Shown: piece by piece, positions 1 to 12,153 of the stretch
How the letters are laid out: each line of letters begins with the position of its first letter
How positions within the stretch are numbered: the first letter of the stretch is position 1
From: Squalus acanthias
Taxonomy: Eukaryota
Reading direction: 5' to 3'
DNA length: 64,000 nt
Assembly (NCBI GenBank): GCA_030390025.1
Contig: CM059433.1
Span: forward strand, 10,976,001 to 11,040,000
Position numbers and translations under genes: made by a program
The notes under the pieces: generated by a model
What the model was told of the DNA's origin: nothing
Seen by the model: only the letters and a program-made list of their open reading frames with translations
Database searches by the model: none

Positions 1-43
1 GACCCAGAGGCAAGAGTGCTACCAACTGAGCCATGGCTGACAC
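1..43 (-). mobile_element. 5' tRNA-derived head of a SacSINE1-like SINE, running off the window start
   Basis: Reverse complement reads gtgtcagccatggctcagttggtagcactcttgcctctgggtc, the same head as the SINE copies at 6843 and 17927. Confidence 0.75.
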
Positions 44-1091
44 CTTTCAATGCTGATGAAGAATGGCCACTTGGCTACTTGAATTTTGCAGCCTGCCTTG
101 TAAAGAGCAGAACCTCTGTCTGCTCATTACAAGGGAAATGTTGTTGGGGGGAGGGGAGGGTGTTGGATGGAGCTGGGGATGGGGCGACTCCACGCCGAGA
201 ATTCCTGCCTCCCTGGTGTAGAGCTGGAGGCAACTACGCCCAGTGAGATGAAGCGCACTGGCCTCTAGCTGGAGGGACCCCTGGATCCCCAAAGAATAGT
301 ACATTCATTTGAAAAAAAAACTTGATTGGCTTTTTTCCACAAGGGGTTGATGGGGGTCACGGCTGGAGGGCAAGCGCCAGATTTTCCGGCTGCATTGGGG
401 CAAGCAGACGCTGATGTTGCACCCGCTGGGGCACTTGTGCCCACTTGCCCCAGTGATATTGAGGTGCTTTCCCACTGACCCCATAAGTTCCAGCGGTGTC
501 AGCACTTGCAGGCATTGATGGGCGCAACCAAAGAGTAACCATCCAGATTTTCAGGGCCGTGTTCTGGTCACACACTCGTAGCAGGTTGATAAAGTATTGG
601 GGGTGGGGGGGAGGGGGGCGGCGGTGGAGGGAATGACTTGGAGCTTACCAACACAGTGAGCAATGAGTACTTCTAGTGCATCAGACAAAATATGGCGGTA
701 ATGCATAACCCAATGAAACATATGCAAATTGATATCCATACGTACAGATGGTGGAGCAGATAGTTTTTTGTGCTGATTAAGATACAGAGTGAGTAGTAAA
801 GATCACAATTAGCCTTAACAGTGTAATGCAGAAGTCAATAACAATTCTAGAATCAGGCTCTTGTGTGCACTGGAGATCTTTATAATGATTTTCTAAAAGC
901 CTTTCACTTCCTAATCCAATTTATGGTTTATTGGTTAAAATACTTTGAAATTATAGAGGTGATTCTGCCATGCAGCGCTCAGGGAGCACAACATTAATGG
1001 ACAGCTAATCGTTGCCTGGTGCCCACAGTTTCCTCAAATGCAGTTCCTGTAGGCAACACTTGTCACTGGGTGAATTGGAGCGAACAAACAA

Positions 1092-1133
1092 CATTGTCAA
1101 TCTATACAATAGAGGTCATTGTCAATCTATACA
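1092..1133. repeat. Left remnant (~1.7 units) of the 25-bp minisatellite, cut off from the main array by the Penelope insertion
   Basis: cattgtcaatctatacaatagaggtcattgtcaatctataca has the same unit as 2088-2805. Confidence 0.9.
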
Positions 1134-1184
1134 AAAATGAGAAGTCGCACAACACCAGGTTATAGTCCAACAGATTTATTTAAT

Positions 1185-1222
1185 TTTACAAGCTTTCGGA
1201 GCGGTTCGCTCCTTCCTCAGGT
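1185..1222 (-). ncRNA. Minimal hammerhead-ribozyme-like motif in the Penelope terminal region
   Basis: Minus strand reads CUGAGGA-A-GGAGCG-AAC-CGCUCC-GAAA-GCUU-GUA: core boxes, a 6-bp stem II, palindromic AAGCUU and a GUA triplet. Confidence 0.7.
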
Positions 1223-1456
1223 AGGGTAGCAGTGAGAGAATCTCCCAGAATTCACAATATACACACAGAAAAAATCTATTCAAATCTTTCCCTACATCAA
1301 AGACACACTAAGAGCACAGCCAAGACAATGAGATGTGTCCCAGGGGGTCCAACGTGTCAAAACACCTGCTGGCTGCATATCCTGTCAATTTGTGTTGGTT
1401 CTTGTGTTAGTCTTTTTACAAAAAAAACACCTGGAAAGACCGGCCATGATGTCAAG

Positions 1457-2087
1457 TCACGTTCTGTATCGTGACATGAACCCGATATCGCGATTGAGGC
1501 CATCCTCATGAGTGCGGAACTTGGCTATCAGTTTCTGCTCTATGATTTTGCGCTGTCGTGTATCCCGAAGGCCGCCTTGGAGAACGCTTACCCGCAGATC
1601 CGAGGCTGAATGCCCCTGGCTGCTGAAGTGTTCCCCGACTGGGAGGCAACCCTCCTGCCTGGCGATTGTTGCGCGGTGTCCGTTCATACGTTGTCTCAGT
1701 GTCTGCATGGTCTCGCCGATGTACCATGCTCTGGAGCATCCTTTACTGCAACGTATCAGGTAGACAACGTTGGCCGAGTCACATGAGTATGTACCGTGTA
1801 CCTGGTGGGTAGTGTCCTCACGTGTGATGATGGTATCTGTGTCCATGATTTGGCATGTCTTGCAGAGGTTGCCGTGGCAGGGTTGTGTGGTGTCGTGGTT
1901 GCTGTTCTCCTGAAAGATGGGTAATCTGCTGCGAACGATGGTACTTTTGAGGTTAGGCGGCTGCTTGAAGGCGAGTAGTGGAGGCGTGGGGATGGCCTTA
2001 GCAAGGTGTTCGTCGTCATCGATGACATGTTGAAGGCTGCGAAGAACATGGCGTAGTTTTTCCGCTCCGGGGAAGTACTGGACGACG
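1457..2087 (-). pseudogene. Penelope ORF C-terminus (RT thumb/linker plus GIY-YIG endonuclease)
   Basis: Open frame with the VVY...YIG motif. The annotated start MHRLTMT is read out of the adjacent minisatellite and is not part of the element. Confidence 0.85.
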
Positions 2088-2805
2088 TATACAGTAGAGG
2101 TCATTGTCAATCTATGCAATAGAGGTCATTGTCAATCTATACAGTAGAGGTCATTGTCAATCTATACAGTAGAGGTCATTGTCAATCTATACAATAGAGG
2201 TCATTGTCAATCTATGCAATAGAGGTCATTGTCAATCTATACAGTAGAGGTCATTGTCAATCTATACAGTAGAGGTCATTGTCAATCTATACAATAGAGG
2301 TCATTGTCAATCTATGCAATAGAGGTCATTGTCAATCTATACAGTAGAGGTCATTGTCAATCTATACAGTAGAGGTCATTGTCAATCTATGCAGTAGAGG
2401 TCATTGTCAATCTATACAGTAGAGGTCATTGTCAATCTATACAGTAGAGGTCATTGTCAATCTATACAGTAGAGGTCATTGTCAATCTATGCAATAGAGG
2501 TCATTGTCAATCTATACAGTAGAGGTCATTGTCAATCTATACAGTAGAGGTCATTGTCAATCTATACAATAGAGGTCATTGTCAATCTATACAATAGAGG
2601 TCATTGTCAATCTATACAGTAGACGTCATTGTCAATCTATGCAATAGAGGTCATTGTCAATCTATACAGTAGAGGTCATTGTCAATCTATACAGTAGAGG
2701 TCATTGTCAATCTATACAATAGAGGTCATTGTCAATCTATGCAATAGAGGTCATTGTCAATCTATATCGTAAAGGTCACTTTCAATCTATGCAATAGAGG
2801 TCATT
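2088..2805. repeat. 25-bp minisatellite, about 28-29 copies (tagaggtcattgtcaatctatacag and variants)
   Basis: tcattgtcaa recurs at 2101, 2126, 2151 and onward; variants tatacag, tatacaa and tatgcaa. Confidence 0.97.
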
Positions 2806-3277
2806 TTTTAAGTACATGCTAGAAGTGTGGAACCAAACCCACCACCAATGCATATCCAGAAATCGTAGTTACATTGCTGTGGGTTTTCCATCCATTATTT
2901 CAATCGATGGAAAATTATAATCAATATGCCTACAATATACACCAGCAGTGGCCAACTTCCCCGCTGCCAGTGTATACCCGGCAAATGACCCCTTTCTAGT
3001 ATTGACCATTAGCTGAATCATTGCTGCTCTTTACTCCGACGAAGGGATTATTTTTTGCATAATCTAAGACATCGATCATGTTTACAGCCTGAATGGCACA
3101 TTTTTATCAATCTATTACGTTTCGGTAGCTAGTAAGTGCAAAACAGTTCGCACTTTGGACAATCTGCCATTACCATGAAAAAAAAATCAAAATTGTGTAG
3201 AACAGGAACTTCTTACCATTGTTTCACTCACCAAACTGGAATTGTTTTCAATGAACTGGCAAAACTGCGACTAACTG

Positions 3278-3438
3278 GGGTAGAAATCCGTCTTGGGCAA
3301 TATAGCATCAGCTGCCAGTTATACGTCCCGCCTGATATTCAGTTCTATTGAATATCAGGCAGGGCGTATTACGGATATTACGGGAGGACAATGCGATACT
3401 GCCCGCTTTGTGCTACAGCCAAAGATGAATTTCTACCC
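3278..3438. mobile_element. 161-bp PIF/Harbinger-type MITE
   Basis: TIRs gggtagaaatccgtctt / aagatgaatttctaccc, CTG on both flanks (3275-3277, 3439-3441), central hairpin cctgatattca...tgaatatcagg. Confidence 0.75.
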
Positions 3439-3834
3439 CTGCTATTTTTGATTGATATCCCCACTCCTGCCGTCTTCCGTGAAAGGCAAACGGGGTGGGA
3501 TTTCGAGTTTAACTTCGTTCTTATGCATAGAATTCTACTTGGCGTATAACTAACCATCTCCCCACCGGAAATAAACCGTTTGAGCAAAATTATGAAAACT
3601 GGCACCAATTTGCATTTTTATTTTCAGACCATATGCGGCTTGTGTATTTCTTTTAAGACAAAAAAAAAGACTTTTGCACTTGGAATAGGGTGAAGCACAC
3701 CTTAACAAATCATTTGAGAAAAGGGCATTTCGTTGGGAGAGACACACAGTAGAAAAGCAAGGGCATCAAAATCTTTCAAGATTTCAAATCCAGCAGTGTT
3801 GTCCACCAGCGATTCTGCACTACAGAAAGAGTTA

Positions 3835-5900
3835 GGCCGCGAGTTTGCTTACCTCGGCGGGTCCGTGGTGGGCGGCGTCGGTGGCGGGTCCCGACCCCAC
3901 TGCTGGCTCCATCCTGCTGTCTGAAATGAATTACCCTTAATGGGGCTTGTTAAGCCCACCCAGAGCGTTTGCCGGCCAATTAGAGGAAGCGGGTCTGCTG
4001 ACGTCATTCGATGATGCGTCATCAGCCGGTTTCCTTAAAGGGACCATGGCCAAATTTTTTTGACGTTTGTGCTGTCAGTGCTCTACAGCATTGAGGTGCT
4101 GCAAACACTGACAATCACTGCAGAGGTGCACGGCTGCACCCAGGCTCTCCCATGACTCTCTCCATATGCTTATGGAGGGAGTCACAGCACGCAGGGAGGT
4201 CCTCTTCCCTTCCCATGGGCGGAAGACACCTCCCCAGGAGATCAACACAGGCTGGTTGGACATTGCAGAGGAGGGCACAAGCAGGGATGTGGTCAAGAGG
4301 ACCTGGGTGCATTGCTGCAAACCTTTCAATGATCTCAGGAGATAAGAACATAAGAACATAAGAAGTAGGAGCAGGAGTAGGCCATACGACCCTTCGGGCC
4401 TGCTCCGCCATTCAATAGGATCATGGCTGATCCGAACCTAGACTCACATCCACTTCCCTGCCCGCTCCCCATAACCCTTAATTCCCTTATCAGCTAGGAA
4501 ACTGTCTATCTCCGTTTTAAATTTATTTAATGTTGCAGTTTCCACAGCTCTCTGAGGTAGCAAATTCCATAGATTTACTACCCTCTGAGTGAAGAAGTTT
4601 CTCCTCATCTCAGTTTTGAAACGGCAGCCCCTTATTCTAAGATCACGAAACGTTAGTGCAAAGCCACACTCAAACCTCACCCTGCTGTGCCTCTCATCAC
4701 ATCCCCATCACTCTGCCTTCCCTACCCTACTCCTGCACATCCTTACTCACACCAACTTACCTTGCACCTCCACCCATCCCTCTCTATCTACATTATAACA
4801 TCCCCATCTCACTAGCCACCCCTTACACTCACCCTCATCCTAGTGCAATCATACCAACTAACAACACACAAGGGTAGGCACTTGGTGTTTTAGCCAATGT
4901 TCATGTAAAGTTTCTGTTAATGTGGTGTCAAACATTGAAACCTTTATTTTCAACACTTTGCGTTCTTAGACAGATTTGTGTGCATCTTTGGAAGTGGCTT
5001 AATGAGTTGCAGTGAATGTTGAGACATAATGTTACCCCCCGCAATGGTGATGAGTGTGAAAGAAATGGCTTGGGCATTGTAGGGATGCTTTATGGTGTTG
5101 GTGTGGAATGGTGCCAACCTGGCGCATCATGTGGCAGCCAAGGTGTACAGCATCAAGTGAAGTAAATCTAGCCATGGTGAAGCCATCCCTGGTGTCCCGG
5201 GCAGCAATGTGGTCGGGTGCTGATGCCCTGTGTCCTGTGCAGCATCAGTTGATTGCGGAGAAGGTTGGTGGTGTTGGTGTTGCTGGTGTGCCTGGTGCTG
5301 CTGGTGTTGGGGCTGATTGTGGTGGGATTCTGAGGACCAAGGTGAGAGAGTATAAAGGGCACCCATGCTGATGGAATAGATGGCAGGTGAAGTAGAGATG
5401 ACAGAAGCAATCTGTCAATGGTGAGAGAGGTAATGAGGTCAGACTGGATGGAGACTTGTGTAAAGACTTGCAGCATGGTGAATCTGTTGTGGAAATGCAG
5501 AGAGGAAGAGCTTGTGGCTGAGGAAGATATCTCTGTAAGGTGGGAGCTTTTACTTTACATTTGAAGCTGTCAACTCAACAGCTGATTCAATGGCCACTGA
5601 ACTCCCGCCTCAGCTTAACAGACATGGTGCACGAGCAGCGAGGACCCTGTGGGCGAGCACATAAAATCAAAAGGTAAGCACAAATGTATTCTTAATGATC
5701 TCTAAACAAGGATGTAATGACCTGAATTGGGTCCCCCGCCGCTGCTTGTCGGGTCTGCTCAGCGCTGACAGACCCAACATCGGGGAAACGCGCGTGGCGG
5801 CGGGTTCAGAGCGGGGTCCAGACACACTGGGGAAAAAAAACACTTTCCCACCCGACCCTGCCACCGATCGCGCCCGCTGACCGCCCAGAAAATCCAGCCC
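3835..5900 (+). mobile_element. Non-autonomous PIF/Harbinger transposon with a Myb/SANT gene remnant
   Basis: TTA on both flanks (3832-3834, 5901-5903). Right end aaaatccagccc; left end degenerate. 4120-4337 translates AAPRLSHDSLHMLMEGVTARREVLFPSHGRK...WLDIAEE...RTWVHCCKPFNDL. Confidence 0.8.
4343..4645 (-). mobile_element. CR1 LINE 3' end inserted in the Harbinger element
   Basis: FKTEMRRNFFTQRVVNLWNLLP; 3' UTR hairpin and (ttcttatg)n tail. Confidence 0.9.
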
Positions 5901-6309
5901 TTAGTGACTGACAGGATGGGACAACTGGAATGAAAATATATTTAAGTGATATTTCTAAATTAGTGCAACAACAGCAGTAAAGAGCATTTGATCCAACAAC
6001 CTCTGTGCTGTCAGTACTTGTCTGGTAAATGTAATACCAGCCTTGGACATCTCTGGTATTTATAATGGAAAACCCCCACTGTATTAAAATAGATCATCCC
6101 ATTATACCAATTAGATGATGTAATTCAGTAAAAGCCTGTACTTACTGCATGTGTGTGTAAAAGGCATACAATTTGTTCTACTGAAGGGGATAGAATGCAA
6201 CTTTCTTGATACACAGAGGATCAAGCATATGCCTTGTTCTAATCAGGAGGAGAGCAGGATTGCAAGTCGGTGACTCACTGAGGATTTTCCTTCCCTGCCC
6301 GAGGGGAAG

Positions 6310-6745
6310 CATAAGAACATAAGAAATAGGAGCAGGAGTAAGCCACATGGCCCATCGAGTCTGCTCCGCCATTCAATAAGATCATGGCTGAATTTCTACC
6401 ACAACTCCACTTTCCTGCCCTATCCCCAAATCCCTTGATTCCCTTATTGCCGAAAAATCTATCGATCTCTGTCTTGAATATACTCAACGACTGAGCATCC
6501 ACAGCCCTTTGGGGTAGAGAATTCCAAAGATTCACCACCCCCTGAGTGATAAATTCCTCCTCATCTCAGTCCTAAATGGCCGAGCCCTTATCCTGAGACT
6601 GTGACCCCTCGTTCTAGCCTCTCCAGCCAGGGGAAACAGCCTCTCAGCGTCTACCCTGTCAATCCCCCTAAGAATTTTATACATTTCAATGAGATCACCT
6701 CTCATTCTTCTAAACTCCAGAGAATATTGGCCCATTCTACTCAAG
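6310..6745 (-). mobile_element. CR1 LINE 3' fragment
   Basis: YSLEFRRMRGDLIE...RTRGHSLRI, VNLWNSLPQRAV, CR1 tail. Confidence 0.9.
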
Positions 6746-6842
6746 CATCTAACCTCCACTTGTCATCTCTCCCAGAAGGCCGGGATAATATTGAGATCTC
6801 ACCGTGTGAAGAATCAGTGATAAGGACTCGCATCCTACCGCA

Positions 6843-6851
6843 GGTGTCGGC

Positions 6852-6883
<32 letters not shown>

Positions 6884-7165
6884 TTCAGGAAGGTCGTGGG
6901 TTCAAGTCCCACTCCAGAGACATGAGTCCTATAATCTAGGCTGACACTCCCAGTGCAGTGCTGAGGGAGTACTACACTGTCGGAGGTGCCTGTCTTTCGG
7001 ATGAGAAGTTAAACTGAAGCTCCATCTGCCCTCTCAGGTGGATGTCAAAGATCCCATGGCACTATTTGAAGAAGAGCAGTGGAGTTCAACCCAGTGTCCT
7101 GGCCAATATTTATCCCTCAACCAACATCACTAAACAGATTATCTGGCCATTATCACATTACTGTT
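6843..7165 (+). mobile_element. SacSINE1-like tRNA/Deu-domain SINE, 3'-truncated
   Basis: A-box tggctcagtggg, B-box ggttcaagtccc, Deu-like core gatcccatggcactatttgaagaagagcag...gtgtcctggccaatatttatccctcaacc. Confidence 0.85.
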
Positions 7166-7174
7166 ACAATAGCT

Positions 7175-7703
7175 AAATACTGCGGATGCCGGAAATCTGA
7201 AATAACAACAGAAAATGCTGGAAACCCTCAGCAGGCCAGGCAGCATCCGTGGAGAGAGAAACAGAGTTTCAGGTCTGTGACCCTTCGTCAGAACTGGAAA
7301 AAGTTAGGGATGTAACAGTTTTTAAGCAGGTGCAGAGGCAGGGAAAGAGGGAGGGGAGGAAGGAACTGAAGGGACAGTCTGTGATAGGGTGGAAGGCAGG
7401 AGAGATTAAATGTTGCAAATGGGGATGGCAGAATCATCAACAGCTGCCATGTGGAAAAATGGCGGACCGGGGTTATAGTCTGAAATTATTGAACTCAATG
7501 TTGAGTCCGGAAGGCTGTAAAGTGCCTAATCAAAAGATGAGGTGCTGTTCCTCGAGCTTACGTTGAGCTTCATTGGAATAGTGTAAGAGGCCGAGGACGG
7601 AGCGGTCAGAGTGGGAGTAGAGCGGAGAATTAAAGTGACAGGCGACCGGAAGCTCGGGGTCACCCTTACGGACTGAACGGAGGTTGTTCCGCAAAGCGGT
7701 CAC
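7175..7703 (-). mobile_element. Penelope-like element fragment (second family)
   Basis: ELPVACHFNSP..SHSDRSVLGLLHYSNEAQRKLEEQHLIF is the C-terminal part of a Penelope GIY-YIG ORF. The terminal region has CUGACGA-AGGGUC-ACA-GACCU-GAAAC near 7266-7291. Confidence 0.8.
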
Positions 7704-8302
7704 GCTATAGAAATGCAAGTCCTTCTTTCTTTTTCCAAAGACATCCATATTAACGCCCAAAAGCACTGTATCATTCTCCTGTTTTTGTTTCCAGTTTTAT
7801 CCCCCCCCTCCCTCACCCCCCCCCCCCCCCCCGCCCCCCCCACCCCGCCCCACCCACCGCCCCTTTCCTGAAAGCAATGACTGGTGCAGGAGTATGGTTC
7901 CCCAGTTGTCAGTTATTCCCCTGTACCTATCCCATGCTTCATGCATGGGTCTAGACAACAAGGCCTGGATTGTCCTCGGTGGCTCAACTAGACCAGTGAA
8001 CCAGCACCCAATACCAGTGGCAGGGCAGGAATGTACTCCCATGTCTCGGAGGATTGGCGAGTGTGCCCGCTTGTCCACCTCCTCAGAGGCTTGCAGGTGT
8101 GGGCAGAAGGGAGGCAGGGCAGGGTGTGCATGCAGCAGTATATAGCGGTGCAGGCCGTAGCAATCCACCTCAGGACTTAGCTGCCACGAGACAGAGGCCA
8201 GCTCAGTCCTGGAGGTTAGGTTATTGGCACACAGCCGCCAGCTGCCTCATGTGCTCCTGCCACTCAGGCAATACCTAGGAGGAGCACTTAAAGAAAGCTA
8301 GA

Positions 8303-8846
8303 ACTGGCATTTGTATCGTGTCTTTCACGACCTCAAGTCATCCCATAGCTCTTTACAGCAACGTGATAATGACCAGATAATCTGTTTTTGGTGGTGTTGG
8401 TGTTGAGGGATAAATATTGGCCAGGACACCGGAGAGAACTCCCCTGCTCTTTGAAATAGTGCCTTGGGATCGTTTGCACTCACCTGACAGGGCAGTCGGT
8501 ACCTTGGTTTTTGAAGTGTACTCACTGTTGTAATGTAGGAAATACAACAGCCAATTTTGCGCACAGCAAGCTCCCACAAACAGCAGTGTGATAAATGGCC
8601 AGATAATCCGTTTTTAGTGATGGATAAATATTGGCCAGAACTCCCCTGCTCTTCAAATAGCGCCATGGGATCTTTCAGGTCCACCTGAGAGGGGAGACAG
8701 CTTAACATTTCATCTGAACAACGGCACCTCTGACTGTTCAGCGCTCCCTCAGCGCTGCATTGAAGTTTCTTGGAGTCCCTGGAGTGGGACTTGAAGCCAA
8801 AAACCCTCAGACTCGGAGCTGAGAGAGAGTGCGACCCACTGAGCCA
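8303..8846 (-). mobile_element. SacSINE1-like SINE, rearranged or doubled copy
   Basis: The Deu core appears twice (8370-8490, 8600-8700); tRNA head at 8780-8846. Confidence 0.75.
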
Positions 8847-10281
8847 TCTTATTAGGTTTAAGGGTTTACACTTTACAAACTAGAATCAAAGAGAAGCATG
8901 GTGATAAAAAAAAAACACCAAGAATGCAGCGCTCTCTCAGTACTGTACTAATTCGTCAGGTTTGATTCCAAGCTTAAAATCCTGATGTGGGAGTCGTAGT
9001 CACAAACTCTAACCCAGAGGTCAGAATGCTACCAACGGAGTTACGTTCCACTCAGCAATGTTATTTATCAAATGAATTATGCGTTCACTCTGCTTGCTTT
9101 CCATTTTTTTTTTCCATGTTCTCTATATTCTCTTCCTGATTGGCTGTGGACTAGAGCTGTTTCAGTGGTTTGACCTGTTGTGAGGATAAGAAATTGCAGG
9201 ATCGTACTAGGAATTAATAAATTAAAGCTATTTCTGGAACAAAACGGTGAAGGGCGCAGAATCTTGAAGTGGTTACAGAGCGTTTTGTTTTAAAGCTCAG
9301 ATGTGTTTGCCACGAATTGTGTGTTGGCAGTGCCACAGTCAGAGATAAAGGAAAAAAACTGCAACGATCAAAGTTTTCGTTTTTACATATCCCCAGCCAC
9401 CTGCAAAAAGTGATCTAATATTGTTCAGTTCACTGCACTCAGCAAAAACAGCCGAGAATTTTTTTTTTTGGGTCCTGACTAAGTAAACATTGACAGCGAG
9501 CGCCTGGTCTGCATTAGGTCTGCCTCTGAGAGCTCAGTGTTGGCAGGGTTGGGAGATTGTGTGCAGCTGTAGATTTTAAAAAGGTCGCAGTTGCTACTTC
9601 AAGTGCCGTATTTCTCGCTGGTCCTTGAAGAAATCGCTGGCCAGAAAGGTTTTGCTGGAGAAAGAAGCGCAGGTTCTCAGAGAGCATTGTGGAGCAGAGC
9701 GCCTCCCTTTCCAGGTGTTGTATTGCAACAACAGCTACTTGCATTTATATAGCACCTTTAACATAGTAAAACATCCCAAGGCATGCTGCAGGAACTGTGC
9801 GGGGGTGGGGTGGGGTGCGGGAAGAGAGATGTTTGCCCCATTTTGGGTCCCCCGTCCCACAAGAGAAATGTGGGACTCTGGCTGGGGAGAGGGAGCCCAA
9901 CGAGTTGCTGCTGTGTCCAACAACAAAAGGACAAGGAAGGAAAAGGTAGTCTCAGGAAGTCTGCCAGGGTAAGGCTGGGCTGTCCATCCCTATACCTAGG
10001 AGATGGTTAAAGTATGCCACAAACATTTTCCTTTCAACACTGAGGCTGCAAGATGAGTCGTCAGAAAATATTACTGATCTTTCAAAGGTTGTACTTATGC
10101 TGCAGCAGAGCACGCTTCATTATTGTCACTTAAAAGCAGAACTATTGTCATATCAGCATGTAGAAAAGTGACCCAACACAGCCAGTTTAAAACTAATTCT
10201 ATCTGCATGATGTACGTTCATTTACTCACACATAAGCTGGGATGCAGACGGGACACTTTGGATATCACACTTTTCAAACTC

Positions 10282-11217
10282 CTTCTTCTTCTTAGGCAGT
10301 CCCACGGAACCGAGGATGACGTGCTCCCGCTCTAAAAATGAGTTCTCAGGTGACTGATGAGTCAATGCGGGACCTACAGTCTCTGTCACAGGTGGGGCAG
10401 ACAGTGGTTGAAGGGGCGGGTGGGTGGGGTGCTTGGGTTGACGTGCGCTCCTTCCGCTGTTTGTGCTTGGCTTCCGCTTGCTCCCGGTGAAGAGACTCGA
10501 GGTGTTCGGCGCCTTCCCGGATGCTTCTCCTCCACTTTGTGCGGTCTTGGGCCAGGGATTCCCAGGTGTCGGTGGGGATGTTGCACTTTTTCAAGGAGGC
10601 TTTGAGGGTGTCCTTGAAGCGTTTCCTCTGCCCACCTGGGGCTCTCTTGCCGTGCCAGAGCACCGAGTAGAGCACTTGTTTTGGGAGTCTCGTATCGGGC
10701 ATGTGGACGATGTGGCCCGTCCATCGGAGCTCATCGAGCGTGGTCAAAGCTTCGATGCTGGGGATGTTGGCCTGAGCGAGAACACTGACGTTGTTGCGCC
10801 TATCCTGCCAATGGATTTGCAGGATCTTGCGGAGGCAGCGTTGGTGGTACCTCTCCAGTGCTTTGAGGTGTCTGCTGTACATGGTCCATGTCTCTGAAGC
10901 GTACAGGAGGGCGGGTATCACTACTGCTCTGTAGACCATGAGCTTGGTGCTTGTTTTGAGGTCCTGGTTTTCAAACACTCTCTTCCTCAGGCGACCGAAG
11001 GCTGCACTGGCACACCGAAGGCGGTGTTGCACTTCGTCATCGACGTCTGCCCTTGTTGATAGTAGGCTCCCGAGGTATGGAAAGTGGTTCACGTTGTCCA
11101 AGGCCTCGTCATGGATTTTGATAATCGGGGAGCAGTACTGTGTGGCGGGGACAGGTTGGTAGAGGAACTTTGTCTTACGGATGTTTACTGTAAGGCCCAT
11201 GCTCTCATATGCTTCAG
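10282..11217 (-). mobile_element. RTE-clade LINE 3' fragment
   Basis: FPYLGS...RCASAAFGRLRKRVF...TKLMVYRAVVIPALLYASETWT...HQRCLRKILQIHWQD...GGQRKRFKDTLK...CPTCDRDC; (GAA)n tail. Confidence 0.9.
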
Positions 11218-11324
11218 TCAACTCCTAACATGTCAACAACACAACTTCTCTGCTTGCACAATAGATGAGGAAAAAAAAAACAAATGGGAGGAGGGTCCAG
11301 TAGTATTAAAGCCTTAAGTCTCTT

Positions 11325-11712
11325 TTTTTTAATTCATTCATGGGATGTGGGCATCGCCAGTATTTATTGCCCATCCCTAATTGCCCTTGAGAAGGTGGTG
11401 GTGAGCCACCTTCTTGAACCACAGAGGGCAATTGAGAGTCAACCAACATTGGTATGGGTCTGGAGTCCCGTATAGGCCAGACCGGGTAAGGACGGCAGAT
11501 TTCCTTCCCTAAAGGACATTAGTGAACCAGATGGGTTTTTATAACAATCTGGTAGTTTCATGTATACGGATACTAGTTTTTAATTCTAGTTTTATTCAAT
11601 TAATTTCATTTAAATTCCTCAGCTGCCTGTGGTGGGATTTGAACTCACACCTACCAGATCATTGATCCGGCCCTCTGGATTACTGGTCCAGTAACCACTA
11701 TGCTACCGTACC
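11325..11712 (-). mobile_element. Composite of short LINE/SINE-derived fragments
   Basis: Starts with catgggatgtgggcatcgccag..tttattgcccatccctaattgcccttgagaaggtgg, the 3' end shared with the copies at 34944, 38614, 59294 and 63273. Confidence 0.6.
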
Positions 11713-12153
11713 CGTCTCTTTGAACAAGGTTGTGCTTGGCATTTTGGTGCTGGAGAACACTGAGTGAGGAGGTTCAGGTGAAGGCTGAGGTCTCCCACAG
11801 CTGCTGCCAGTACTGTCCTCCTCTAGTTCTTCCTCTTCCGTTCATTCACTCACTCACTCGCTCACTCGCTCTCACTCTAGCGCACCACCATGACAGAGAC
11901 GAGGGAGGTGGTTTCAGCACCCTTGGTGCCTGGAAAGTAGACACATCTGGCATAGAAGGAGCGCAGAATTGTGAAATCAGATCCTGCACCAACTTCCTGA
12001 TGGGCTACAATTAGTGGTCTTCTCCGTTTAGTAAGCCTCGCTAAAATCCCAGATTTCACACAAAAGATATTTAAATAGTCGCATAGCTCAGTGCTGCAGT
12101 ATTTGTACCAGGTTTGCTCCTGTTTCCTTGTGCACCATTTGGAATGATGCGGA

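Larger units (their letters stand above)
1131..2087 (-). mobile_element. 5'-truncated Penelope-like retroelement (GIY-YIG endonuclease end plus 3' terminal region)
   Basis: ORF 1457..2119 contains CHGNLCKTC, NVVYLIRC...WYIGET.QTLRQRMNGHR (GIY-YIG), PVGEHF and GLN. The terminal sequence acaaaaatgagaagtcgcacaacaccaggttatagtccaacag recurs at 12178. Confidence 0.9.

Noticed and set aside
2088..2805. CRISPR-like array
   Set aside because: Units are directly adjacent with no unique spacers, there are no cas genes, and the context is vertebrate.
5127..5366. Gln/His-rich ORF
   Set aside because: Low-complexity internal sequence of the Harbinger element; no recognisable domain.
6843..6915. tRNA genes at SINE heads (also 17927, 33750-33820, 48060-48126)
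   Set aside because: A/B boxes are present but run directly into SINE bodies; no complete cloverleaf.
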